Numbered from the stretch's first letter, positions 29,452 through 39,234 are shown. The stretch: DNA of 64,000 nucleotides from Bacteroidaceae bacterium (GCA_017555875.1 JAFZFN010000029.1:15100-79099), one strand, 5' to 3'. Notes: generated from the letters alone by a model not told the origin. Translations and numbers: made by a program.

Positions 29452-30042
29452 ATGGAAAAGGAAATTCTGAAGGAATGGATGGAGCGCTTCTTCCTCGCCG
29501 AACTGACGGTGGATGAGGAGCGTGAGCTGTGCCAGTTTCTTTGCGCGAATGAGGTTCCTGCCGAACTCCGTAAGGACAAGGAGGTTATCATCGCCCTGTG
29601 TGGTACGCCCGAAGAGGATATTGCGCTCCCCGAAGGTGCTGCCGAACGGCTGGAGGCTATGCTCGATGGGCTGGAGGAAATGAAGACCCACCTAAATCCT
29701 TCCTGCAAGGGAGGACTTGAGGCTCCGCCACGCAGACGCACCCTCCCTCACAGGGAGGGATGGGGTGGGTCTTTCCTTCTCCGTGCCGCATGTGTAGCTG
29801 GTGTGGTCGTAGCGCTCTTCGTGGCGCTCCCTGATAGGGTGGCCGAGCCTTTGCTCTCTGAGACATACGAGGAAGAGGACACCTTTGACAATCCCGAGGA
29901 GGCGATGCAGTGCCTCATGGCGGCCTATGGCGATATCCGATATGCGATGAACACAACGCAGCACCACACACAGGAGGCGTGTCAAACGCTGGAGCAGTCG
30001 CAATCAATAATCCGAGAAATGTTTAATATGAATATAAATTGA
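29452..30042 (+). CDS. Putative anti-sigma factor carrying an in-frame 87-bp palindromic-element insertion
   Basis: It starts 13 bp after the sigma-factor stop. It has one hydrophobic segment. Residues 79-107 are encoded by the repeat element. Confidence 0.5.
   Translation: MEKEILKEWMERFFLAELTVDEERELCQFLCANEVPAELRKDKEVIIALCGTPEEDIALPEGAAERLEAMLDGLEEMKTHLNPSCKGGLEAPPRRRTLPHREGWGGSFLLRAACVAGVVVALFVALPDRVAEPLLSETYEEEDTFDNPEEAMQCLMAAYGDIRYAMNTTQHHTQEACQTLEQSQSIIREMFNMNIN
29686..29772. mobile_element. 87-bp nested palindromic (MITE/RPE-like) element, copy A, in-frame inside the putative anti-sigma CDS
   Basis: Terminal arms acccacc/ggtgggt and inner arms cctgcaagggagg/cctccctcacaggg. About 85 percent identical to 37741-37827. 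Confidence 0.8.
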
Positions 30043-30049
30043 CGCGAAT

Positions 30050-30601
30050 ATGAAACGATACATAGTGTTAACTTTGATGCTACTCACGCTTCACGCGGGC
30101 ACTCTACTTGCCCAGTCGGCACAGCCTCGAGAGAAGAGCGAAGTGGAGGTGTTCATGCAGCAGGTGGCAAAGGCCGTTGCCAAGTCCAACGAGATTGACT
30201 ATGCCTACATCTCTACAAGCATGTTCAAGCAGTTGCTATCTCAGTTTTTAACAATGGTAAATGATAGTATCGAAATCCACGACCAGGTGGAACAAATATT
30301 TGGCTCGGCCATGTATATGCGCCGATTCATCAGTACGGGCATCGAAGGCTACAAGGTGTTAGAAGTAGCCATGCATCCATTTTGGGGATTCTTAGAGGAA
30401 AAAGAAGAGGTTATGGGCATGGAGTTGTGCGCCCTCAACCGAGAAAACGGAGTGGTTTCGATAATTTATGGCAACTCTGATAGTGTGCTTGTCATCAACA
30501 ACAATAGCAATGCCTTGAACTATAATATAGTGTTTGTTGCGGGATTGTCGTACGAAGCCTTTATGGAGTTGGATAAGAGTGGCATAGACTTAGGATTTTG
30601 A
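30050..30601 (+). CDS. DUF4252-like secreted protein
   Basis: Signal peptide, 183 aa. It sits downstream of the ECF sigma/anti-sigma pair, as DUF4252 genes usually do. Confidence 0.5.
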   Translation: MKRYIVLTLMLLTLHAGTLLAQSAQPREKSEVEVFMQQVAKAVAKSNEIDYAYISTSMFKQLLSQFLTMVNDSIEIHDQVEQIFGSAMYMRRFISTGIEGYKVLEVAMHPFWGFLEEKEEVMGMELCALNRENGVVSIIYGNSDSVLVINNNSNALNYNIVFVAGLSYEAFMELDKSGIDLGF

Positions 30602-30613
30602 TTCACAGATTGA

Positions 30614-32119
30614 ATGATTATGAAAAAGATAATAGTATGCCTCATAGCCGTATGCTCGGCAATGGCTATGCAAGCACAGGAGATTGACTTTGAAGGATTG
30701 AAGGCCTTTGCCGAAGAACTTGAGTCGCTGCAAGGAGAGCATGTATCGTGCGACACGATGACACACAGAGAATTGCTGGGTGATCTGGGCACGAAGATTG
30801 TCAGTGATTCCGACGCTGATGCTCTACTTGCCAAGTTGGATAAGAAGGACTTCCGGCTCATCAAGATTTCAGCAACCGATGGCATAGGCCGCAAAAGCAT
30901 CTATAAGGTGCTCGACAAATACGAAGTTACCACTGCCGAGGTGTTGTTTGGCATTCCCTTGTTGCTTTGCAATCGCAGTAATGGAGCCCAAGCAATGCTC
31001 TTTGTCGGTGATAAGGCATCGCTGATGATTATGGATTACGGAGACTCGATAGAGGTTCTCTACTTGAATACCGACTTGATGGAAATCATTAAGGAGGTCT
31101 TTACGGCGATGATGATAAATGGCGATGGCGGCAGTATTACCATAGGAGAATCGGGCGACTTGCAGTTCAGTTACTCGTTCAGCAGGACGACAGAGGCCAT
31201 AACGACAGAAAGGAAAGCGAACGAAGGTGAAGAGCCGAAGGTGTACTCATTCAACCAGCAATCCAGCGGAACTGACCCCTACGAACGCTTCAACGAGGAG
31301 GTTGCCCAACTGGCCGCCCAAACAGCGAAACCCGACTTTTCAGAGTTGACACAAGAGATCGCCGAACTCAAGAGACCCTCGTTCTTGCTCATTCCCGAGT
31401 CCGACTGTTACAATGTTTTTATCCCCTCTGTGCCTGAAGAGATACGGAAAGAGATGCAGCCCTATGCTGTCTATGGCATATACGACTGGATCAATTCATT
31501 AGGCTTCGGCAAAGGCGCAGTGAAAGACAATCCTCACCAAAAGTCTGAAATCATCCTCCCTGAAGATGTGGCACGCCTCTATGCCGTGACGCACCTTCCA
31601 CAAGAGAAGTGCAACGAGGAGGGCTACTCGCCCATGCTCAAGGAGATATACCAGAAGGAATATCAGGGCGGTACACCTGCCGTGCTCTACCGCCACTCAA
31701 AGAATGAGGTGGGCTATAGGGATATGCTCAGTGACTTGGGATTCCTCTTTAATCTCGAGCTTGGCGACACCTACAGAAACCTGGAGGTGACGCAGCAGAG
31801 CGAGCGCGAGGGCAAACGCTTCGTGCAACTCTATGGCGAGGGCGGCATACTGATGAGCGTGCTTGACTCTCCTGCCGACCATTACTGCCACATGAGCATC
31901 ATCGTCGGTGGCAGCGACGGCTTCGAACAAGCAGTCAATGAGTTTGTCATTGGCGGTGAGAGAGACTTTGCCACACGATGCAACATCATCATCAACAGCG
32001 ACCTGTCGGGCGACTCGCATGGCATACACTTCACCACCAACGAGTACACCTTTGCAGGCAAGTCGCACAAGAATGGTGTGCACATCGACTTTAAGTATTG
32101 GGATTTATATACGAGATAG
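30614..32119 (+). CDS. Hypothetical secreted protein with an N-terminal DUF4252-like domain and a roughly 320-aa C-terminal extension
   Basis: Signal peptide. The first roughly 180 aa are similar in pattern to the 30050 ORF. Confidence 0.45.
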   Translation: MIMKKIIVCLIAVCSAMAMQAQEIDFEGLKAFAEELESLQGEHVSCDTMTHRELLGDLGTKIVSDSDADALLAKLDKKDFRLIKISATDGIGRKSIYKVLDKYEVTTAEVLFGIPLLLCNRSNGAQAMLFVGDKASLMIMDYGDSIEVLYLNTDLMEIIKEVFTAMMINGDGGSITIGESGDLQFSYSFSRTTEAITTERKANEGEEPKVYSFNQQSSGTDPYERFNEEVAQLAAQTAKPDFSELTQEIAELKRPSFLLIPESDCYNVFIPSVPEEIRKEMQPYAVYGIYDWINSLGFGKGAVKDNPHQKSEIILPEDVARLYAVTHLPQEKCNEEGYSPMLKEIYQKEYQGGTPAVLYRHSKNEVGYRDMLSDLGFLFNLELGDTYRNLEVTQQSEREGKRFVQLYGEGGILMSVLDSPADHYCHMSIIVGGSDGFEQAVNEFVIGGERDFATRCNIIINSDLSGDSHGIHFTTNEYTFAGKSHKNGVHIDFKYWDLYTR

Positions 32120-32281
32120 CTTGAGGTTAAACCACAGATTACACGGATTACACAGATAAGTCCAAGAATCTATTAATAGAAAGACGAATTGTAGATGCGA
32201 TATTTTCTCGTAAAAGAATCTGAGAAATCGGTGCAATCTGTGGTTTAGAGAAAGAATGAATAACGTTAAACATAAAGAACT

Positions 32282-33277
32282 ATGAACAAGAGACTATCAT
32301 TGACAACGATGCTTGCCATCGTGAGTTTCGTATCGCTCGTGGCACAGACCACAGCACTCGTGCCCTACGTGGGCGGTTACTTTGTAAAGAATGGCGATGA
32401 GTGGACCGAGTATCGCCCTGCCGACAAGACCGGCAAGTGGAGCACCTACAAGCAATACAAGGAGAACGACACCTTCTTCTATGTAAAGAACAAGAAGTGC
32501 CGCCTGGCCATCCCCAAGCTGGGCAAGGACATGATCTTCATCGACCGTGAGAAGAGTGGCAAGTGGGAGCAGGTGTACACCACCATCGATGTGCACCACC
32601 AATGCGTCGAGCCCGGAGGGCTCTTCTACTGCTACAACGACGGTCGTGGACGTGAGCACAACGGCTATTACATCCGTCGCGATGGTGGCGTGTGGCATGA
32701 GTATGCCCCAGGCAAGAAGCGTGGTGTGTGGGCCGAGTTCAAGCAGATTGGTGAGGACAAGGACTACTTCATCGTGGAGAGCACCGAAAATATCGTGCGC
32801 ATTCCCAAGAAGGAGGGGCTCAACTTTATCATCACCAAGCCTGGCTACGATGGCTGGCGCGGAGGCTACACAACCAAGGCCATATATGACCGCTCGGCTG
32901 CGTATCCCTACAACTTTGACTTCCAGCACTATGGCGTAGCGAAGCGAAGAAACAATTTCAAGGTCAACAAGAAAGGTGGTCGCATCAGCCTCGACAACAA
33001 GTGTAACCTGCAGATTGCCTACGATGGCAAGCACTACGACCTGGTGTATCAATCGATCGAACTTGCCGAGAATCGGAGCGGATTGTCGTCACTCATCGCT
33101 AAGAAAGGCGAGTGTATCCTCATCACTATCGACAAGGACAACAGGATATTCCTCTATGAAGGCAGTGCTCGTGTGGAGTGTAAGAAACTGGGCAAGAAAG
33201 TCATCTTCCTCGGTGCCAGCGGCAAGGACTACCGCGCTATCGTGGAGCAGCTGAGGATAGGCACCTTCCGCATGTAA
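32282..33277 (+). CDS. Hypothetical secreted protein with internal KGxW repeats
   Basis: Signal peptide. Repeated motifs TGKWSTYKQ, SGKWEQVYT and GVWHEYAPGKKRGVWAEFKQ. Confidence 0.4.
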   Translation: MNKRLSLTTMLAIVSFVSLVAQTTALVPYVGGYFVKNGDEWTEYRPADKTGKWSTYKQYKENDTFFYVKNKKCRLAIPKLGKDMIFIDREKSGKWEQVYTTIDVHHQCVEPGGLFYCYNDGRGREHNGYYIRRDGGVWHEYAPGKKRGVWAEFKQIGEDKDYFIVESTENIVRIPKKEGLNFIITKPGYDGWRGGYTTKAIYDRSAAYPYNFDFQHYGVAKRRNNFKVNKKGGRISLDNKCNLQIAYDGKHYDLVYQSIELAENRSGLSSLIAKKGECILITIDKDNRIFLYEGSARVECKKLGKKVIFLGASGKDYRAIVEQLRIGTFRM

Positions 33278-33571
33278 GTGATTCTTTCCGCAAGAGTGAT
33301 GCGGAGCATGAGGGGTACATTTTAGAGACTTTTTGTACCCTTCATTGCTTCGCTTTTGTTTTTTCGCTTGGTTTATCCGTGCATCCCTCCCTTTTCGCTC
33401 GTTGAAATTTAACTTTGTTGAATTTCTGCCTCGCTCAGCATAGAATAAGCAAGCTTTTCTCTGCTTTCGCTCGTTGAAATTTTGTATTTTGACAAAAAAA
33501 TGCTACCTTCGCATGTTTTTAGGCCCTGTCTCGGATTGAGGGTCTTATGAAATAAGAAAATTGTTGCAAAC

Positions 33572-35539
33572 ATGGAAATAAACGAAGAAATCAAAGCAAA
33601 CGCAGCGAGCAACTACTCGGCGGAAAACATTCAGGTACTCGAGGGTCTTGAGGCCGTACGTAAGCGCCCTGCGATGTACATCGGCGACATCAGCGCCAAG
33701 GGTCTGCATCACCTGGTATACGAGGTTGTGGACAACTCTATCGACGAAGCCCTCGCAGGCTATTGCAGCCACATCGAGGTGTTCATCAATGAAGACAACT
33801 CTATCACCGTACAGGACAATGGTCGTGGTATCCCCGTCGACTGGCACGAGAAGGAGCAGCGCTCTGCGCTCGAGGTGGTGATGACGGTGCTCCACGCAGG
33901 TGGTAAGTTTGACAAGGGCTCCTACAAGGTGTCTGGCGGTCTGCACGGTGTGGGTGTATCGTGCGTGAACGCGCTCTCTACCCATATGAAGACACAGGTA
34001 TTCCGTGGCGGTAAAATCTACCAGCAGGAATACTCATGCGGTAAGCCCCTCTACGCCGTGAAGACCGTGGGCGATGCCGACCGCACGGGTACACGTCAGC
34101 AGTTCTGGCCCGACCGCTCCATCTTCACCGCACACGAGTATAGCTACGACATCCTCGCCAACCGTATGCGCGAGCTGGCATTCCTCAATGCAGGTATCAC
34201 CATCACGCTCACCGACCTCCGCGAGAAGGACGAGGAGGGCAACGTACGCACCGAGACCTTCCACTCGGAGGAGGGCTTGAGAGAGTTCGTGCGCTTCGTG
34301 GACTCATCACGCGAGCATCTCTTCAATGACATCATCTACCTCAACACCGAGAAGCAGGGTGTACCCATCGAGGTGGCTATCATGTACAACACGTCGTACT
34401 CTGAGAACATCCACTCCTATGTAAACAATATCAACACCATCGAGGGTGGTACACACCTCGCAGGTTTCCGCACCGCGCTGACCCGTACACTCAAGAAGTA
34501 CGCCGAAGACACCAAGGCACTGGAGAAGGCCAAGGTGGAGATTGCCGGTGAGGACTTCCGCGAGGGATTGACCGCCGTAATCTCTATCAAGGTGGCTGAG
34601 CCTCAGTTTGAGGGACAGACCAAGACCAAGCTCGGTAACTCCGAGGTGGCAGGTGCCGTGCAGCAGGCTGTGGCAGAGACCCTCACCAACTACCTCGAGG
34701 AGCATCCCAAGGAGGCCAAGATGATCGTGGACAAGGTGGTGCTCGCCGCACAGGCTCGTATCGCAGCCCGCAAGGCTCGCGAGAGCGTGCAGCGCAAGAA
34801 TCCCATGAGCGGTGGCGGACTCCCCGGTAAGCTGGCCGACTGCTCCGACAAGGATCCCATGAACTGTGAGCTCTTCATCGTCGAGGGAGACTCGGCCGGT
34901 GGATCAGCCAAGCAGGGTCGCTCACGACTCACACAGGCTATCCTCCCCATCCGCGGTAAGATCTTCAACGTGGAGCGCGTGATGTGGCACAAGGCCTTCG
35001 AGCATGAGGAGGTGAACAACATCATCCAGGCACTCGGCGTGCGCTTCGGACTCAACCCCGAGGACAGCAAGGAGGCCAACTACGACAAGCTGCGCTACTA
35101 CAAGACCATCATCATGACCGATGCCGACGTCGATGGTTCGCACATCGACACCCTCTTGATGACCCTCTTCTATCGCTACATGCCCGAACTCATCGAGAAC
35201 GGACATCTCTTCATCGCTACGCCGCCCCTCTACCTCTGCAGCAAGGGCAAGAACAAGCGCTACTGCTACGACGATGCCGACAAGGATCGCTTCATCGCCG
35301 AGTTTGGTAACGGCAGCGAGGCGGGCATCACCATCCAGCGCTATAAGGGTCTTGGTGAGATGAACCCCGAGCAGCTGTGGGAGACTACCATGAACCCCGA
35401 GACACGCCTCCTCAAGCAGGTGACCATCGAGAATGCCGCCGCAGCCGACTACGTGTTCTCTATGCTCATGGGTGAGGATGTAGGCCCCCGTCGCGAGTTC
35501 ATCGAGAAGAACGCCACTTACGCTAACATCGACGCATAA
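33572..35539 (+). CDS. gyrB: DNA gyrase subunit B
   Basis: GHKL ATPase motifs (GLHHLVYEVVDNSIDE, GGLHGVG), a TOPRIM domain (EGDSAGG), and the C-terminal tail. Confidence 0.95.
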   Translation: MEINEEIKANAASNYSAENIQVLEGLEAVRKRPAMYIGDISAKGLHHLVYEVVDNSIDEALAGYCSHIEVFINEDNSITVQDNGRGIPVDWHEKEQRSALEVVMTVLHAGGKFDKGSYKVSGGLHGVGVSCVNALSTHMKTQVFRGGKIYQQEYSCGKPLYAVKTVGDADRTGTRQQFWPDRSIFTAHEYSYDILANRMRELAFLNAGITITLTDLREKDEEGNVRTETFHSEEGLREFVRFVDSSREHLFNDIIYLNTEKQGVPIEVAIMYNTSYSENIHSYVNNINTIEGGTHLAGFRTALTRTLKKYAEDTKALEKAKVEIAGEDFREGLTAVISIKVAEPQFEGQTKTKLGNSEVAGAVQQAVAETLTNYLEEHPKEAKMIVDKVVLAAQARIAARKARESVQRKNPMSGGGLPGKLADCSDKDPMNCELFIVEGDSAGGSAKQGRSRLTQAILPIRGKIFNVERVMWHKAFEHEEVNNIIQALGVRFGLNPEDSKEANYDKLRYYKTIIMTDADVDGSHIDTLLMTLFYRYMPELIENGHLFIATPPLYLCSKGKNKRYCYDDADKDRFIAEFGNGSEAGITIQRYKGLGEMNPEQLWETTMNPETRLLKQVTIENAAAADYVFSMLMGEDVGPRREFIEKNATYANIDA

Positions 35540-35562
35540 GACGTCGCCAGACCTCTTACATT

Positions 35563-35600
35563 ATAGAAGATATCACGCGCGAGCAGTCTGCTGGTGCGTG
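35563..35600 (+). terminator. Rho-independent terminator after gyrB
   Basis: Hairpin atcacgcgcgagcagtctgctggtgcgtgat followed by tcttttt. Confidence 0.65.
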
Positions 35601-35719
35601 ATTCTTTTTGTACAATCTCGAAAAAAGAGAATAATTCAGCATTTTTATGCATTTTATCATGAAAAGTTGCTAACTTTACGCATCTTTATCATAATAGGCA
35701 TATTAAATAGCAATATACA

Positions 35720-36850
35720 ATGTCAGTAACCATCAAACCCGTAACTACGAAGAAAGAGATGAAGCAGTTCATCTGCTTCAACTACGAATTATACAAGGAC
35801 TCGCCCTACGCGGTGCCTGAGCTATTCACCGATGTGCGCGACACGCTTGACCCCAAGAAGAATGCAGCGTTCGAGTTTTGCGAGGCGCAGCCCTTCATCG
35901 CCATCAAGGACGGCAAGGTCGTGGGGCGCATCGTGGCCATCATCAACCACAAGGCCAATGCGCGTTGGGAGAAGAAGGTGGTACGCTTCGGATGGGTCGA
36001 CTTCATCGATGATGCCGAAGTGGTGGATGCTCTCTTTGCTACCGTGGAGCAGTGGGGTAAGGAACGCGGCATGGAGGAGGTGAACGGCCCGCTGGGCTTC
36101 ACCGACTTTGACCCCGAAGGAATGCTTATCGAGGGATTCGACCGCATAGGCACCATGGCCACCATATACAACTATCCCTACTACCCTCAGCACATGGAGC
36201 GTATGGGCTATGAGAAGGATGCCGACTGGCAGGAGTATCTGCTGACCACACCTGACGCGCTCCCCGATAAGCATGCCCGCGTGGCACGCATCGTGAAAGA
36301 ACGCTTTGGACTAAAAGTGGTGAAGTATACCTCACACCGCAAGCTGGCCAAGGAGCGTGGCGTGGCCATCTTCGAACTGCTCAATGAAGCTTATGCTCAC
36401 CTCTATGGCTACTCGGCACTCTCACCCCAGCAGATACAGCAATACATCGCGGCATACCTACCATTGCTCGACCTCCGCTTGGTGCCCATCATCGTGGACA
36501 AGGACGACAACCTCGTGGGCTTCGGCGTGTTGCTGCCCTCACTTGCCAAAGCATTCCAGAAGGCGCGGGGATTCATGTTTCCCTTCGGCTGGTGGCACCT
36601 CATCAAGGCGCTCAAGTGGAACGACACACAAACATCAGAGATGCTGCTCGTGGCCGTGAAACCCGAGTATCAAGGCAAGGGTGCCGTAGCGCTGATATTC
36701 GAAGATATCATTCCCGTGCATAGCAAGTTGGGATACAGGTACTCGGAGAGTAATCCCGAACTGGAGGTCAACACCAAGATGCAGTCACAGTGGGACTACT
36801 TCGAGCGTGAGAACCACAAGCGCCGCCGTGCCTTTAAGAAAGAATTATAA
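35720..36850 (+). CDS. Hypothetical protein, possibly a GNAT-fold acyltransferase family member
   Basis: 376 aa with no diagnostic motif seen. The GNAT-like resemblance is from memory. Confidence 0.3.
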   Translation: MSVTIKPVTTKKEMKQFICFNYELYKDSPYAVPELFTDVRDTLDPKKNAAFEFCEAQPFIAIKDGKVVGRIVAIINHKANARWEKKVVRFGWVDFIDDAEVVDALFATVEQWGKERGMEEVNGPLGFTDFDPEGMLIEGFDRIGTMATIYNYPYYPQHMERMGYEKDADWQEYLLTTPDALPDKHARVARIVKERFGLKVVKYTSHRKLAKERGVAIFELLNEAYAHLYGYSALSPQQIQQYIAAYLPLLDLRLVPIIVDKDDNLVGFGVLLPSLAKAFQKARGFMFPFGWWHLIKALKWNDTQTSEMLLVAVKPEYQGKGAVALIFEDIIPVHSKLGYRYSESNPELEVNTKMQSQWDYFERENHKRRRAFKKEL

Positions 36851-36862
36851 AACAGACTACAT

Positions 36863-37177
36863 ATGTATAGCATTACAACCAACAAGAGCGGTACACGCAG
36901 CATCGCCGTCAGCGACGAGCACTTGTGCACCATAGAGAAGTATCAACTGTTTACAGGCCTCGTAGGCAGCAACGGCATCGTAGATGAGGAAGTTCTCAAC
37001 AAACTGAAGCTCACCGTGCGCTCGCTCATCGCCTCACAAGAGGAGTGCAAAGACCTGCTGAGTCTTTGTGTCGACGTGCTCTACCACGACAACATGAAGG
37101 CCATTGGCCTCAGTGCGCTCATGGCACTCTACAATGAGTGGCTCGCAGTACGCGAACAAACACAAAGCGAAGAATAA
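36863..37177 (+). CDS. Small hypothetical protein translationally coupled (TAATG) to ygiQ
   Basis: 104-aa ORF whose stop overlaps the ygiQ start codon. Confidence 0.35.
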   Translation: MYSITTNKSGTRSIAVSDEHLCTIEKYQLFTGLVGSNGIVDEEVLNKLKLTVRSLIASQEECKDLLSLCVDVLYHDNMKAIGLSALMALYNEWLAVREQTQSEE

Positions 37178-39060
37178 TGCCCCAACTGACGGATTTTCTC
37201 CCTACGACGCGCAAGGAGATGGAGATGCGCGGATGGGACGAGGTGGATGTGGTGCTCTTCTCGGGCGATGCCTACGTGGACCATCCCTCGTTTGGTGCTG
37301 CCGTAATAGGTCGCATACTCGAGGCCGAAGGACTGCGCGTGGCCATCGTGCCCCAACCCAACTGGCGTGACGACCTGCGCGACTTCCGTAAGATGGGGCG
37401 TCCACGCCTCTTCTTTGGCGTCACGGCAGGATGCATGGACTCAATGGTGAACAAGTATACGGCCAACAAACGCCTGCGCAGCGAAGATGCCTACACACCC
37501 GACGGACGACACGATCTACGACCCGAATATCCGTCAATCGTATATACACAAATACTCAAACGCCTCTACCCCGATGTGCCCGTAGTGCTGGGCGGCATAG
37601 AGGCATCAATGCGTCGTCTCACCCACTATGACTACTGGCAAGACTGCGTGCGCCGCAGCATCCTCTGCGATAGTGGCGCCGACATCCTCGTCTATGGCAT
37701 GGGCGAGAAACCAATAGTGGAGATTGCTAGGCGATTGCAGACCCACCTAAATTCTCCCTGTGAGGGAGGACTTGAAGCTCCGCGATGTCAGCACCCCCTC
37801 CCTCACAGGGAGGGATGGGGTGGGTCTTCCATTCCTCAAACCGCCATCCTCTACCCCAACAAGGAGTCCATACCAGGCGGAATAACTACAGAGGATATCG
37901 TGCTCAACAGCCATGAGCAATGCCTACGCGACAAACGTGCCGAGGCGGCCAACTTCCGCCATATCGAGGAAGAATCAAACAAACTGCACGCCTCGCGCCT
38001 CATACAAGAGGTTGAGGGAAAGTGCGTGGTGGTCAATGCTCCCTATCCCCCCATGACGACGGAGGAGTTGGATCACTCGTTCGACTTGCCCTACACCCGA
38101 CTGCCTCACCCGAGATACAAAGGTAAGCGCATCCCCGCCTACGATATGATCAAGCACTCGGTAAATATCCATCGCGGATGTTTTGGTGGTTGTGCCTTCT
38201 GCACCATATCGGCCCATCAAGGCAAGTTCATCGTGAGCCGCAGCAAGGAGAGCATACTCAAAGAGGTAAAAGCCGTGGCTCAGCTGCCCGACTTCAAGGG
38301 CTACCTAAGTGACCTCGGAGGTCCCTCGGCCAACATGTATGGCATGGGCGGCAAGGATAAAACGCTTTGCGCCCGTTGTAAGCGCCCCTCATGCATACAC
38401 CCTAAGGTGTGTCCTAACCTCAACACAAACCATCGACCATTGCTCGACATATACCATGCCGTAGATGCACTGCCCGAGATAAAGAAGAGCTTTATAGGCA
38501 GCGGTGTGCGTTACGACTTGCTGCTACATCGTAGCGACGATGAGGCCGTGAATCGCGCGGCCAAGGAATATACGCAGGAACTTATCACACACCATGTGAG
38601 CGGTCGCCTCAAAGTAGCGCCCGAGCACACTTCCGATGCAGTGTTGCACATCATGCGCAAGCCTTCGTTTGAGCAGTTCGAGCAGTTTAAGCGTATCTTT
38701 GATCGCATCAATCGTGAAGAGAACCTCCGTCAGCAGATCATTCCCTATTTTATCAGCAGCCATCCAGGCTGTACAGCTGAGGATATGGCCGAACTGGCTG
38801 TGCTCACCAAGCGTATGGATTTCCATCTTGAGCAGGTGCAGGACTTCACGCCCACGCCCATGACCGTGAGCACTGAGGCTTGGCATACGGGCTTTCATCC
38901 CTACACGTTGCAGCCCATCTTCTCGGCCAAGTCGCAGCGTGACAAACTCGCCCAACGCCAGTTCTTCTTCTGGTACAAACCCGAGATGCGACGCACCATC
39001 ATGGAGGAGCTACGCCGCATGGGACGCCGCGACCTCATAGACAAACTATTTGGTAGATGA
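37177..39060 (+). CDS. ygiQ: YgiQ-family (UPF0313) radical SAM protein with an in-frame palindromic-element insertion
   Basis: N-terminal domain and radical SAM CxxxCxxC (CFGGCAFC). The element is inserted in the linker before the radical SAM core. Confidence 0.85.
   Translation: MPQLTDFLPTTRKEMEMRGWDEVDVVLFSGDAYVDHPSFGAAVIGRILEAEGLRVAIVPQPNWRDDLRDFRKMGRPRLFFGVTAGCMDSMVNKYTANKRLRSEDAYTPDGRHDLRPEYPSIVYTQILKRLYPDVPVVLGGIEASMRRLTHYDYWQDCVRRSILCDSGADILVYGMGEKPIVEIARRLQTHLNSPCEGGLEAPRCQHPLPHREGWGGSSIPQTAILYPNKESIPGGITTEDIVLNSHEQCLRDKRAEAANFRHIEEESNKLHASRLIQEVEGKCVVVNAPYPPMTTEELDHSFDLPYTRLPHPRYKGKRIPAYDMIKHSVNIHRGCFGGCAFCTISAHQGKFIVSRSKESILKEVKAVAQLPDFKGYLSDLGGPSANMYGMGGKDKTLCARCKRPSCIHPKVCPNLNTNHRPLLDIYHAVDALPEIKKSFIGSGVRYDLLLHRSDDEAVNRAAKEYTQELITHHVSGRLKVAPEHTSDAVLHIMRKPSFEQFEQFKRIFDRINREENLRQQIIPYFISSHPGCTAEDMAELAVLTKRMDFHLEQVQDFTPTPMTVSTEAWHTGFHPYTLQPIFSAKSQRDKLAQRQFFFWYKPEMRRTIMEELRRMGRRDLIDKLFGR
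37741..37827. mobile_element. 87-bp nested palindromic element, copy B (the more intact copy), in-frame inside ygiQ
   Basis: Terminal arms acccacc/ggtgggt and perfect inner arms ccctgtgagggagg/cctccctcacaggg. Confidence 0.85.
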
Positions 39061-39079
39061 GGCTGTCGGGAATCTCGAT

Positions 39080-39170
39080 CCTGTACTAGAAAATCCAAGA
39101 ATCCCTAGATAGTCTAGGTTTTCTAGATAGTCCTAGGTTTTCCTAGCTAGCCCTAGGCAATCCTATCCCT
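39080..39170. repeat. CTAG/CCTAGG-rich tandem repeats (ctagatagtc-ctaggtttt x2 and variants)
   Basis: Tandem units of about 20 bp, related to the array at 46352-46437. Confidence 0.6.
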
Positions 39171-39180
39171 TATAAACAAC

Positions 39181-39212
39181 AAAGGAGACCCCTACGAGGT
39201 CTCCTTTGTTAC
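39181..39212. terminator. Bidirectional terminator between ygiQ and the flotillin gene
   Basis: aaaggagacc-cctacg-aggtctccttt hairpin, then gtt. Confidence 0.7.
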
Positions 39213-39234
39213 TGATGTCTATATCGTTAGCTGA

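Noticed and set aside
33545-35206. Antisense ORFs inside gyrB
   Set aside because: Shadow ORFs. gyrB is unambiguous on the plus strand.
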